Part shown: piece after piece, positions 1-10,800 of the stretch
Layout: each line of letters opens with the position of its first letter
How positions within the stretch are numbered: the first letter of the stretch is position 1
Assembly: GCA_000997945.1 (NCBI GenBank)
Contig: LCCP01000002.1
Coordinates: 14,284 to 78,283 of the forward strand
Origin: Parcubacteria group bacterium GW2011_GWC2_42_12
GTDB lineage: Bacteria > Patescibacteriota > Patescibacteriia > Patescibacteriales > GWC2-42-12
Direction: 5' to 3'
Length of the DNA: 64,000 nt
The notes under the pieces: model-generated
Databases searched by the model: none
What the model saw: only the letters and a program-made list of their open reading frames with translations
What the model was told of the DNA's origin: nothing
Program-made: the position numbers and the translations under genes

Positions 1-60
1 CTCTATGGGAACTGCCTAGAAGATGTAAGTGCGGGAGTAAAAAATGCCGCAAAATTATAA
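1..60 (+). CDS. 3' end of a gene running in from the left edge (LYGNCLEDVSAGVKNAAKL*)
   Basis: Open frame 1 from the window edge to TAA at 58-60, just upstream of two further + strand genes. Confidence 0.4.
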   Translation, partial: LYGNCLEDVSAGVKNAAKL

Positions 61-162
61 AATCAATTCAGTTTTTGCCTAAAGAGGTGTTTAATGGCTA
101 TTTACCATATATATCAAAATATTTTCAGCAAGTTTATATTAAATATCATAAAAACAAAAACA

Positions 163-312
163 ATGGGAAATAAGTCAAAAAAATTCATAGTCATTTTTAT
201 TATTTTGGTATTTTTATCAATAGTTTTTTCGTATTATACTTTTGTGATTAAAGAAAATTTTGAAATTTTTACGGATGAAAAAGCATTTAATGAAGCCTTG
301 TTAGAAGAATAA
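163..312 (+). CDS. Small single-pass membrane protein
   Basis: ATG at 163 (MGNKSKKFIVIFIILVFLSIVFSYY...): basic N-terminus plus one TM helix; ends 4 nt before the kinase gene. Confidence 0.55.
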   Translation: MGNKSKKFIVIFIILVFLSIVFSYYTFVIKENFEIFTDEKAFNEALLEE

Positions 313-316
313 TTAT

Positions 317-1923
317 ATGGAAACATCAATTCAAACATTCGTAGAGATGTGTCAATGGGATACTGCAAAATTTTTAATTATCTCTGATAATGTTTTTGCG
401 CCTCTTATATATTATTCTCACTTTTTTGCTTTGATACCCTCTTTTTTTATAGGTTTAATTATTTTTTTAAAAGATAGGAAGTCTTTAATAAGCCAAGTTT
501 TATTTTTTATTACCACAACTTTTTCATTATGGGTATTTGCTGATCTTGTCTTATGGGCAAATGAAAAACCTGGCCTTATAATGTTTTTTTGGTCATTACA
601 AGTCATTATTGAGCCGATAATTTATGCTGCCTGTGTTTATTTCATTTACATATTTATAACCAAAAACGACATAAGTCTTAAAAAAAAGTTAGGTATCACA
701 GTTTTTCTTATACCAACCATTCTTTTTGCATCAACGAAATTTGCACTCCTCGGATTTGATTTAAGTAATTGTTATCGAGAAACAACAGAAGGGCCACTTA
801 CTTTATATGGATATGGTATTGAGATTATTTACACATTATGGATACTATTTTTTACATTCCGTAAATCTTGGGATGCAACAAGAGGAGAAAAAAGGCAGAT
901 CATTTTTATTGCGACAGGTATAATATTATTTTTACTTAGTTTAACTTCTGGAAATATCATAGGGAGTTTGACTGAAAACTGGACCTTAGCGCAGGCTGGT
1001 CTTTTTGGCATGCCAATATTCGTAGCATTTTTAGCTTATATGATTGTGAAATTTAAAGTGTTTAACATAAAACTAATTGGAGCACAAGCGCTTGTGTTTG
1101 CCCTTGGATTTTTGGTACTTGCCATATTATTTATAAGAAAGATTGAAAATGTCCGGGTGGTGGTAATTTTAACTTTATTATTTTCCAGCAGAGAGAAGAA
1201 CTGGCCAAACTTAATGTTGATTTGCAAAATCTCTTAAAGCAAAGGGAAGCCCTGGTGCATTTAGTTACCCATAAAGTTAAGGGCTCATTTACCAGATCCA
1301 AATACATTTTCGCCGAATTGCTGGAAGGCGCTTTCGGCGTTATTTCGCCGGAAATGAAGGACATAGCGGAAAAAGGTTTACGCTCGGATAATGAAGGCAT
1401 TAAGACGGTTGACTTGGTTTTAAGCGCGGCCAACCTGCAAGGCGGCAAAGTTAAATATGACATGAAACCGATTGATTTTAAGAAGCTGACCGAGGAAATT
1501 GTTAATAGTAAAAAAGAACAGGCCAGTCAGAGAGGCCTGAAATTAAAGGTCGAAATTAAAGCTGGCAGTTATAATATTTTGGGCGATGCCCCTTGGCTTA
1601 AAGAGGCGGCGCAGAGTTTCGTGGACAATGCTTTAAAATACACTTTGCATGGCAGCGTGACCGTCGGCCTGGAGAAGCGAAACGATAAAGTTATTTATTC
1701 CGTTAAAGACACTGGAGTGGGGCTTACCGCTGATGACAAGCAGAATCTTTTTAAAGAAGGCGGCCGAGGCCAGGACTCGTTAAGGATTAATGTGGACTCA
1801 ACCGGCTATGGATTGTATTCGGCCAAAATGGTTATTGAAGCGCATCAGGGCAGATGCTGGGCCGAATCGGCAGGCCAGGACAAGGGCAGTACTTTTTTCT
1901 TGGAATTGCCGAGACGGGGTTAA
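317..1923 (+). pseudogene. Sensor histidine kinase (7TM-type sensor + HisKA + HATPase) broken by a frameshift/deletion near 1183
   Basis: 317..1237 is a multi-TM sensor. In another frame from ~1186, QQREELAKLNVDLQN continues into H-box (LVTHKVKG), N-box (DNALKYT), G1 (DTGVG) and G2 (GYGL) in 1222..1923. Confidence 0.8.
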
Positions 1924-2000
1924 ATAGCATCAAACACCAAAACAATCTCCCTAACCCTCCCGCATCAAGCGCGGGACAGGCTCTTTATCAGAGGGGAAAT

Positions 2001-2037
2001 AAAAAATAGGCGTCTTGAAAAGACGGCCTGTTTTTTT
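2001..2037 (+). terminator. Intrinsic terminator
   Basis: ATAGGCGTCTT-gaa-AAGACGGCCTG hairpin followed by a T run after the kinase gene. Confidence 0.65.
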
Positions 2038-2128
2038 AAATTTGCCGATTATCCGATCCACGGCTAAAAAATTATTTTGACGATTACAAAAATTTGTATT
2101 ATTCGGCTGCTTTTAGTATAATATCAGT

Positions 2129-2545
2129 ATGAAAACAACCAATCCGCCGACTGGCAGGCAAAAATTTAAAATCGCTAAAATCGCTAAAAGATTTCAATTA
2201 AAATTGATTGTTATTTTTGGTTCTTTTGCTGATGGGAAAAATAGAAAGGATAGCGATTTGGACATTGCGGTTTTGGGATTTAAAGAAGTTTCTTTTAAAG
2301 AGCAAATCGGTTTAACAAATGAATTGTCCCATCTTTTTAGCAAAAATGTTGATTTATCGGTTTTAAATAAGGCCAATCCGCTATTGCTTTTCGAGGCCAG
2401 TAAGAAGCCGATTCTACTCTACGGCAGCCGGGAAGAATTTTTGAAATTTAAACTTTACGCTTTTAACGCCTATAACGATTACGCCCCGTATTTTGCCATG
2501 GAAAAAAATTTGAATAAAAAAATAATCAGCGCTTATGCCAATTGA
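2129..2545 (+). CDS. Minimal nucleotidyltransferase (MntA-type antitoxin)
   Basis: FGSFADG...SDLDIAV (GS-x10-DxD) and VDLSVLN motifs; overlaps the start of a HEPN remnant. Confidence 0.85.
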   Translation: MKTTNPPTGRQKFKIAKIAKRFQLKLIVIFGSFADGKNRKDSDLDIAVLGFKEVSFKEQIGLTNELSHLFSKNVDLSVLNKANPLLLFEASKKPILLYGSREEFLKFKLYAFNAYNDYAPYFAMEKNLNKKIISAYAN

Positions 2546-2684
2546 TAAAAAACTTATCAGTCGAAAAATAACTTTGATAAATTACGATGAAATTGACGCC
2601 AAGAAAGTTTTCGCGGCCATGGTAGCTTGCCTAAAAGATGTTCCGAAATATCTAAAAAATATCGTTAAGTCCCTAGGTTTATAA
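2535..2684 (+). pseudogene. HEPN/DUF86 (HepT-like) toxin remnant with a large internal deletion
   Basis: 49 aa MPIDKKLISRKITLIN-YDEIDAKKVFAAMVACLKDVPKYLKNI: DUF86-like N-terminus joined directly to the YDEID C-terminal segment; the RN-x4-H catalytic motif is absent. Confidence 0.7.
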
Positions 2685-2689
2685 AAAAT

Positions 2690-2815
2690 ATGGACAGCAC
2701 CGATTATGGTTTTTCCACGACCAAGATAGTTGTGGAAGCGCATCAAGGCAAGGGCTGGGAAGATATGGAGGTGGGCCAGGGCAGTATTTTTTATGTGGAG
2801 CTGCCGCTGGCGTAA
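2690..2815 (+). pseudogene. Degenerate copy of a histidine kinase HATPase C-terminus
   Basis: MDSTDYGFSTTKIVVEAHQGKGWEDMEVGQGSIFYVELPLA aligns by eye with VDSTGYGLYSAKMVIEAHQGRCWAESAGQDKGSTFFLELP encoded at ~1792-1920. Confidence 0.7.
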
Positions 2816-2831
2816 AAATAAGCAGTATAAT

Positions 2832-4127
2832 ATGAATTGCCAACATTTCAAAAACTTCTTTTTATTTACTGCGGCCGTTATTTTAATTTTGGGCCTATCC
2901 ATTTCTTTCCAATCGCTGCTGGCCGCCTGGACGGCGCCTTCAGTTAATCCGCCGACTTGCGCTAGCGGCAAGCTGGGCTGCGACGCGCCTTTAAATATCG
3001 GGCCGTTGGCGCAAACTAAATTAGGCGCGCTACGAATTGTCAATCAAAATTATCCGGCCAGCCCTTATGGCCTAATTGTTGAGAACGGTAACATCGGCAT
3101 CGGCACAGCCGGGCCTGACAACAAGCTTACCGTCAACGGCGGCGGCTTAACCGGCAGTGGAATTAATAATGTTTTTCGTCTTTCGGGCGGGACCATGACC
3201 AGCGTGAATGACGCTACCGGCTTGCTTTTTATTCAGCGAGATGCCAATGATGACTATGGAGCCGCTATCCGTTCAGTCAACACGCAATCAACTCCCAATT
3301 GGCTTAATCCGCGTTTGGATTTTTTTGTTCAGAACCCTGATACCAATACGCAGGCGAACATCGGAGTAAAAATGAGCATCTTAGGCAACGGCAATGTCGG
3401 TATCGGCACAACCAATCCGTCGTCTAAACTGGAAGTGGCCGGCCAAGTTAAAATCACCGGTCCCTTAGCTGGTTTAGCCATTTCTGGACAGATTTTTGAT
3501 CATCAGACAGATAACTTTTTTTACCTTAATTCATTTGACGGCCTGCAGCTGCGCGTTAACAGCAATGGCGGCGCCGCTAATTTTCAAATTAATAATAGCT
3601 CCAACAGCACGGTTTTTACGGTTACCAACGCCGGCAGAATCGGCATTGGCACGACCAGGCCCACGGACGTTACTAAGCTGGATGTGATCGGCAAGGTGCG
3701 GATCGCGGATGGGACCGAGGGCGCGAATAAGCTCTTTGTTTCCAGCCCGGAAGGGATCGGTTCGTGGCAGAAGGCCTTGCCGGAGATGTACTTTGATAAA
3801 TGGTGCAGCGCGGACGGCACGACTTGCCTAACGCTGTTTGAATTGATCAATCGGCTGAACAACCCGCCGCAGCCGACTACGATCATTAACACTTCTTATG
3901 CTTGGGTTTATGGCGCTTGGAGCGGCTGGATTAACGTTGACGACGAGGATTGCTACGGACGGCCGTGCGTCTGGCAGTACCGCACGCGGAGCGTTACCTG
4001 CGTCGGCGACCAGAGCGGAACAATTGTCGCTAATGCCTATTGTTCGGGCGTGCCAGATCCTGCCTATGAGCGGCGGAGCGGCTCGTTAATTGCCCATAGT
4101 ATAAACAGCGGAAGCCATAAAATTATT
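2832..4127 (+). CDS. Secreted/anchored fibre-like protein with GNIGIGT repeats and a C-terminal thrombospondin-1-like module; no stop codon before ruvA
   Basis: Likely ATG 2832; signal/TM then AWTAPSVNPP; three G(N/R)(I/V)GIGT repeats; WVYGAWSGW...C...RTRSVTC...C motif; frame is open into ruvA. Confidence 0.65.
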
Positions 4128-4706
4128 ATGATCTCATATTTAAAAGGGAAAATTAAGCATAAAGCCGCTGGCTTTGTAATTTTAGAAGTAAGTAATATCG
4201 GCTATCAAATTTTTGTTGCCTCTTTGCTTCACGCCGATTTGAATCTAGGCCAGGATTTTGAATTTTGGACCCACCAGCAGGTGCGCGAAGACGGTTTAAA
4301 TTTATACGGTTTCAGCCGGCTGGAAGAGCTGGAATTATTTGAAATGCTGATAGGTATTTCCGGCATTGGTCCGAAATCGGCCCTCGGCATTATGTCAATC
4401 GCCACGGCGGCTGATATTAAGGAATCAATCGTGCGGGGCGATCCGGCTCTCTTAACTAAAGTTTCCGGCATCGGCCGGAAGACCGCGGACCGAGTGGTTT
4501 TGGAATTAAGGGAAAAAATTAGCAAGTTAAGTTTCAAAGATAATAAATTAACCAGAGGCGGCTTGGGTTCAAGCGACGAAATAGACGCTTTAATGGCCTT
4601 GGGTTATTCTTTGTCGCAAGCCAGAGAGGCCTTAAACGGAGTAGAGGCGAAGATAAAAGACAGCGGGGAAAGAATCAGGCAGGCGCTTAAAAAAATGGGG
4701 AAATAA
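4128..4706 (+). CDS. ruvA: Holliday junction branch migration protein RuvA
   Basis: MISYLKGKI start, VREDGLNLYGF, HhH motifs GIGPKSAL and GIGRKTA, C-terminal ALMALGY. Confidence 0.95.
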   Translation: MISYLKGKIKHKAAGFVILEVSNIGYQIFVASLLHADLNLGQDFEFWTHQQVREDGLNLYGFSRLEELELFEMLIGISGIGPKSALGIMSIATAADIKESIVRGDPALLTKVSGIGRKTADRVVLELREKISKLSFKDNKLTRGGLGSSDEIDALMALGYSLSQAREALNGVEAKIKDSGERIRQALKKMGK

Positions 4707-4713
4707 AAAAATT

Positions 4714-5685
4714 ATGCAAATAATTGAAATTACGGATAAAAAACAATTAAATGATTTTGTCAGCTCGCAAAAGATGAGTCAGTTTTTGCAGTCCTGGCAA
4801 TGGGGCGAGTTCCAGAAAAAAGTCAGCGGCATAATTTGGCGGATTGGCGCGGTAGAGGACGGCGAACTTAAGGCCTCGGCTAAGTTGGTAAAAAAGCAAT
4901 TGCCCATGGGCAGAAGTTATTTTTATTGCGGCCGCGGGCCGGTTTTTAAAGATGGAGTTTGGCATGACGCGGCCGGTAATATGTTGCTTAACGAGATTAA
5001 GAGATTGGCCCAGGAAGAAAGTATTATGTTTTTGCGCTTTGATCCGACTTTTTCCGTTGCTAATTTTAAATATCCGCTAATTAAAACCATTGATGTTCAA
5101 CCGTCTAAAACCGTTATCTTAGATTTATCTTCGAGCGAAGAAGAAATTTTAAAGAAGATGCATCAAAAGACCCGCTATAATATTAGATTGGCGGAGAAAA
5201 AGGGCGTAAAAATCGTCGAGTCGGGCGCGGCCAGATTTGAAGAATTCTGGCAGCTTTTAGTTTCCACCGGCGACAGAGATGAATTTAATTTGCACGGCCG
5301 CAGCTACTATCAGGAAATGTTAAAATTTGACAGTAATTTTGTAAAATTATTTTTTGCCGAATCTGAAGGCAAGTTATTGGCCGTGAGTTTAGTTGTTTTC
5401 TTCGGCGATATGGCTACTTATATTCATGGCGGTTCAGCTAACGAAAATCGCGAGGTCATGGCGCCATACGCCCTGCAGTGGCAGATGATTAAGTTAGCCA
5501 AGCAAATGAATTATAAATATTATGATTTTCACGGCGTTGATGAGGTTAAATGGCCGGGAGTGACTCGTTTTAAATTTGGCTTTGGCGCAAAACAAGCAGA
5601 TTACCCGGGAACATTTGACTTAGTCTATGATCAGGGCTGGTATAATATTTATAAGATGGTGAGAAAAGTTAGGCGAACATTTTAG
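4714..5685 (+). CDS. FemABX-family lipid II aminoacyltransferase
   Basis: FLQSWQWGEFQ, RGPV, KTRYNIRLAEKKGV, YDFHGV...GVTRFKFGFG motifs; next to murE. Confidence 0.9.
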   Translation: MQIIEITDKKQLNDFVSSQKMSQFLQSWQWGEFQKKVSGIIWRIGAVEDGELKASAKLVKKQLPMGRSYFYCGRGPVFKDGVWHDAAGNMLLNEIKRLAQEESIMFLRFDPTFSVANFKYPLIKTIDVQPSKTVILDLSSSEEEILKKMHQKTRYNIRLAEKKGVKIVESGAARFEEFWQLLVSTGDRDEFNLHGRSYYQEMLKFDSNFVKLFFAESEGKLLAVSLVVFFGDMATYIHGGSANENREVMAPYALQWQMIKLAKQMNYKYYDFHGVDEVKWPGVTRFKFGFGAKQADYPGTFDLVYDQGWYNIYKMVRKVRRTF

Positions 5686-5714
5686 AAAATTTAAAGTTTA
5701 AGATTATTTATAAT

Positions 5715-5835
5715 GGCAAATAACTAATGTCAAATCAAATCTAAATGTCAAATTTCAAATGTCAAAAAATTAATTAATTTGTCATTTAGTTATTTGACAT
5801 TGATTTGGCATTTGTCATTGGATATTTGTCATTTT
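5715..5835. repeat. Degenerate AATGTCAAAT-type tandem repeats followed by their inverted copies
   Basis: Several aatgtcaaat units, then atttgtcatt/atttgacatt units; the architecture of empty four-helix-bundle (IVP-type) cassette flanks. Confidence 0.6.
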
Positions 5836-5860
5836 TTAACTTTTTATTTATACATTATTT

Positions 5861-7267
5861 ATGGAAAAATCGTTGCATATTATAAAGAAATACATCCCGG
5901 TTAAATTGTTTGTCGCCCTACAGCCGGCTTATCATTGGTTATTTAGCGCCTTAGCCGCCGCTTGGCACGGCTGGCCCAGCCGCAGGTTGATTGTGATCGG
6001 CGTCACCGGCACTACGGGGAAGACCGCCAGCGTTTATTTAATGGCTAAAATGCTGGCCGCGGCCGGATATAGGACCGGTTTTACTTCAACGGCGATGTTT
6101 AATGACGGCCGAAACGAATGGTTAAATGATAAAAAGATGACCATGGCCGGCCGGTTCTTTACCCAGGCAATGTTAAAGAAAATGGTCAAGAATAATTGTC
6201 AGTATGCCATAATTGAAACCACTTCCCAGGGCGTTCTGCAATATCGCCATCGTTTTATTAATTATGACATCTTGGTTTTCACCGGCCTTTATCCGGAGCA
6301 CATTGAAGCTCATGGCAGCTTTGCCAATTATAAGCAAGCTAAAGGCAAATTATTCGCGCATCTCAAAAACTGTAAAACCAAGTATGCCGACGATAAGAAG
6401 CAAGTAATAAAAGCGGAGAATGGTTTTAAAAAAATAGAAGCCAATCGCGTGAAGAAGACGATTATCGCTAACGGCGACGACGAGCAAGCTGATTATTTTT
6501 TGGATTTTTGGGCGGAGAATAAGTATGCGTACGCGCGGGGAAATAAACCAATCAAGAATTTAACAATTGATAGATTAGTATGGTATGGCGAGATTGCTTC
6601 TAGTGGCGATGGCGTGAGTTTTAAAATAGATCAGACGGAAATAAAATTAAATTTGTTGGGCGAATATAACGCGGCTAACGCCATGACCGCGGTTTGCCTC
6701 GGACTTAGCCAGGGGATAGAACCGGCAGAAATTAAAACCGGCTTGGCAAAAGTTAAATCAATTCCCGGCAGGATGGAATTAATAAGAAATGAGCAATCGT
6801 CTTTTACCGTGGTGATAGATTATGCCTTTGAGCCCGAAGCTCTAAAAAAGATCTACGAAACAATCTTAAAATTAGATCATCATAAAATAATTCATGTTCT
6901 CGGTTCGGCCGGCGGCGGCCGAGACGTGGCGCGCCGACCCAAGCTAGGTCAGTTAGCCGGAGAGAAAGCTGATTTGGTAATTGTAACTAACGAAGATCCT
7001 TACGACGACGACCCAAAAATAATTATTGATCAGGTAGCCATGGGCGCGGCCAACGCGGGCAAAATTCTGGACAAGAATTTATTTAAAATAGAGGATAGAA
7101 GAGAAGCCATTAAAAAATCCTTAACGCTGGCGCAAACCGGCGATATAGTTTTAATTACCGGCAAGGGCTGCGAGCAGGCGATTTGCGCGGCCGGTGGCGT
7201 CAAGATTCCCTGGGATGATAGAGAGGTGGTTAGAGAGGAGTTGAGGCGTTTAACTCATAACTCATAA
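5861..7267 (+). CDS. murE: UDP-N-acetylmuramoyl-tripeptide synthetase MurE
   Basis: P-loop GVTGTTGKT, ETTSQG, PEHIEAHG, PGRME, DYA, GGGRD, NEDP, ITGKG..WDDR. Confidence 0.88.
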   Translation: MEKSLHIIKKYIPVKLFVALQPAYHWLFSALAAAWHGWPSRRLIVIGVTGTTGKTASVYLMAKMLAAAGYRTGFTSTAMFNDGRNEWLNDKKMTMAGRFFTQAMLKKMVKNNCQYAIIETTSQGVLQYRHRFINYDILVFTGLYPEHIEAHGSFANYKQAKGKLFAHLKNCKTKYADDKKQVIKAENGFKKIEANRVKKTIIANGDDEQADYFLDFWAENKYAYARGNKPIKNLTIDRLVWYGEIASSGDGVSFKIDQTEIKLNLLGEYNAANAMTAVCLGLSQGIEPAEIKTGLAKVKSIPGRMELIRNEQSSFTVVIDYAFEPEALKKIYETILKLDHHKIIHVLGSAGGGRDVARRPKLGQLAGEKADLVIVTNEDPYDDDPKIIIDQVAMGAANAGKILDKNLFKIEDRREAIKKSLTLAQTGDIVLITGKGCEQAICAAGGVKIPWDDREVVREELRRLTHNS

Positions 7268-7310
7268 CTCATAACTTTGAGTTACAGTTATGAGATGTGG
7301 GCTATGAGAT
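7252..7310. repeat. Heptamer tandem repeat (AACTCAT)x3 with degenerate inverted copies
   Basis: aactcataactcataactcataact followed by agttacagttatgag/gctatgag; supplies the murE stop codon. Confidence 0.6.
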
Positions 7311-7431
7311 TTTGGCTTGTGGATAATTTTCTATTAGAGAAAGTTAGATCGTGATAATAAGAGATATTATAGCTAAGATTAAGCAAAATTAATTACTCTT
7401 GAATAATTTCATAAAATTACTTTAAAAATCC

Positions 7432-7460
7432 TTGACAAGCCGGGCAATTGTTGTTAGTAT
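7432..7460 (+). promoter_or_regulatory. Sigma70-type promoter for rpoBC
   Basis: TTGACA-17 nt-TAGTAT about 350 nt upstream of rpoB. Confidence 0.65.
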
Positions 7461-7809
7461 TTAATAAGTTTTTAGCCGAATAACATTTGAATAGTTTTTC
7501 CCTCAAATGTCATTTAACTAAAATTTACGAGTGAAGAAAATCAAAACGGCTCCGCCAAGATTGAATAAAGCGGAAAAGGAAGGTTGTGTCTAGCCGTTTT
7601 TTTGTTATCTATTTTAAAAATCCCCTGCGACCATCTCAATATATTTTAAATCTAAAATAAGTGCGAATTTACTTCATCAATTAAATATTTCATTTTAATC
7701 AACGCCAACCGACAGTTTGAGATTTTTTGTTTTTTGCAAATATAACCCCTCCTAGCCTCTCTTGTCAGCCGTAGCAGCCTGGCAGGCCAGGGGAGCATAA
7801 TAAAAAAAT

Positions 7810-10800
7810 ATGACCACTAAACCTAAGTTAGAGTTAGCGGGCAGAAAATTTTTTAATGAAACAAAAGTGGCAATTGATTTGCCGGATTTAATTGAAATCC
7901 AAAAAGATTCTTACAATTGGTTTTTGCGCGAGGGACTGGCTGATTTGTTCCAGGAGATTTCTCCGGTGACTGATTTTATCGGCCGCAACCTCGAATTATC
8001 TTTGGAGGATTATTATTTGGATGAGCCGAAATTCGACGAAAGCGAAAGCAAGTCTAAAAACATTACTTATGAATCCTCGCTAAGAGTCAAGGCCCGCTTG
8101 ACCAACAAAAAAACCGGCCAGACGGTTGTGCAAGAAGTCTTCTTAGGTGATTTTCCTTTAATGACCAAGAACGGCACTTTTATCGTTAACGGTATTGAAA
8201 GAGTGGTGGTTTCCCAGCTGATTAGAAGCGCTGGCGTTATTTTTACCTCGGAATTTATTAAGGGCAAGAAATATTACGGCGCCAAAGTCATACCTAACCG
8301 CGGCGCTTGGCTGGAAATTGAAACTGACATGAATAATGTAGTCTGGGTGAGAATAGACAGAAAGAGAAAAGTGGCCATCACTTCTCTGTTCAGGGCTTTT
8401 GGCTATTCAACGGACGAGGAAATAAAAGAGCTTTTCAGCGGCCAAGCTAAAGATCTAAAAACGGCTTTGACAGAGGAGGGGAAAACCGAGTTGAGCTTTA
8501 TTGAAGCGACTCTAGCTAAGGACGCGGCTAAAAATGAAGCCGAGGGCCTGAAAGAAGTATATAAGAGGATCAGGCCTGGCGATTTGGCTACTACCGACAA
8601 TGCCCGGCAATTAATTCATTCCATGTTTTTTAGGTTTGACCGTTACGATTTTGATCGCGTCGGCCGCTATAAGATGAATAAAAAATTTGGCTTGGATGTT
8701 CCTAACGATAAAGCCAACCGAGTTTTAAGAAGAGAGGACTTGGTGGCGATTGTTAAAGAAGTCATTCGCCTGAATATCACCCAGGAGAAAGAAGATGACA
8801 TTGATCATTTAAGCAACCGCCGAGTTAGAGCGGTTGGCGAATTGATTCAAAATAAATTTAGGGTCGGCCTGGCTCGCATGGAAAGAATTATCAGAGACCG
8901 GATGAGTATTATGGATATAGATAGTTTAACGCCGAATAAACTAATTAACGCGCGGCCGGTCATCAGCGTGGTTAAGGAGTTTTTCATGTCAAGCCAGCTC
9001 TCCCAGTTTATGGATCAGACCAATCCTTTAGCCGAGCTGGAGCATAAGAGGCGTCTCTCTGCTATGGGACCGGGCGGATTAACTAGGGAACGGGCCGGTT
9101 TTGAAGTTCGCGATGTGCACGCGACCCATTACAGCCGCATTTGCCCGATTGCCACTCCGGAAGGCCCGAATATCGGGCTGGTCGGGCACTTAGCTAGTTT
9201 CGCCCGGCTGAATAGCTATGGTTTTATTGAAGCGTCGTATCGGGTAGTTCTCCATGATATTGATAATAAGCCGGAGATTAGCGAAGGTAAAACCGCGCGG
9301 GAAGATATTTATGAGATTAAGGGTTCTTCGGCAAGTTCAGGACAGGCGAAACAAGGCAAACTGATTATTAAGGCCGGAGAGGTAATTGATAAAAAGACAG
9401 CCCGCGAACTTAAAGAAAAGCTGCCTCATGTTACCATACCGATCGCGCCGGTTTTAACCGATGAAATTATTTATCTTGATGCTTTTGAAGAAGAAAAATA
9501 TATTACTACCGCCGCCACTACGCCGATTGACGCGGCCGGCCATTTTACGGTCCTAAAAGCTGAAGTCAGAAAATACGGCCGGCCGGCCATGGAAGTGGTG
9601 GAAAAAATAGATTTAATCGGCGTAGCGCCGAATCAAATAGTTTCCGTGGCTACTTCTCTAATTCCGTTTCTAGAACATAACGATGGTATTCGAGCTTTAA
9701 TGGGAACTAACATGCAACGGCAGGCCGTACCTTTGATTACCAGTGAAGCGCCAGTCGTTGGCACCGGCGTGGAAAGGCGGGCCGCGACCGATTCGGGCCA
9801 TATTATTTTGGCCGAAACTGACGGTGAGATTGTTAAGATGGATGGCGGCGCCATAGAAGTTAAAGACAAGACGGGTAAAATAAGCAAGTATGTTTTAAAT
9901 AAATTTCTCCGTTCCAACGCTTCAACTTGCATTAACCAAAGACCGATTGTTAATCGGGGAGATAGGATCAAGCCGGGAGACGTTTTAACCAACAGTTCGG
10001 CCGTTGATCACGGCGAATTGTCGCTCGGGCGCAATGTCCTGGTCGCTTTTATGAGCTGGGAAGGCTTTAACTATGAAGATGCCATAATTATTTCCGAACG
10101 GCTGATAAAAGAAGATGTTTATTCTTCTATTCACATAGAACATTATACGATTGATGTCCGCGACACCAAGCTTGGTCCGGAATTAATCACCAACGATATA
10201 CCCAATATTAGCGAGGAAAAATTGAAAGATTTGGATGAGCGCGGCATTATCCGCGTCGGCGCCGAAGTTTCTTCTGGCGATATTTTAGTCGGTAAGATTA
10301 CTCCCAAGGGCGAAACTGAATTATCGGCTGAAGAAAAACTCTTGCGGGCGATTTTCGGCGAGAAAGCCAAAGACGTTAGAGATTCATCGCTCTACTTAGA
10401 GCATGGCGAGCACGGCAAGGTGGTTGATATCAAGATTTTTTCTCGAGAAGACGGCGACAAGCTGTCCGCCGGAGTCATCCAGTCCATTCAGGTGACGGTG
10501 GCTAATTTGAGAAAAATCCAGATTGGCGATAAAATGGCCGGCCGGCACGGCAATAAAGGCGTTATTTCCAGAATTGTGCCGGTTGAAGACATGCCTTGCC
10601 AAGCCGACGGCACGTCGATTGATATAATTTTGTCGGCCTTGGGCGTAATTTCCAGAATGAACCTGGGCCAGCTCTTAGAGACGCATTTGGGTCTGGCCGC
10701 TAGAAAATTGAATTACCAAGTAGCCGTGCCGTCATTAAACGGCATCTCTGAAGAGCAAATTAAAGACGAGCTTCAGAAAGCCGGCCTGCCGACCGACGGT

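Noticed and set aside
2730-4706. Single functional 658-aa RuvA fusion starting at 2730
   Set aside because: The first 34 codons overlap the kinase remnant in another frame, and a secreted N-terminus is incompatible with cytoplasmic RuvA function
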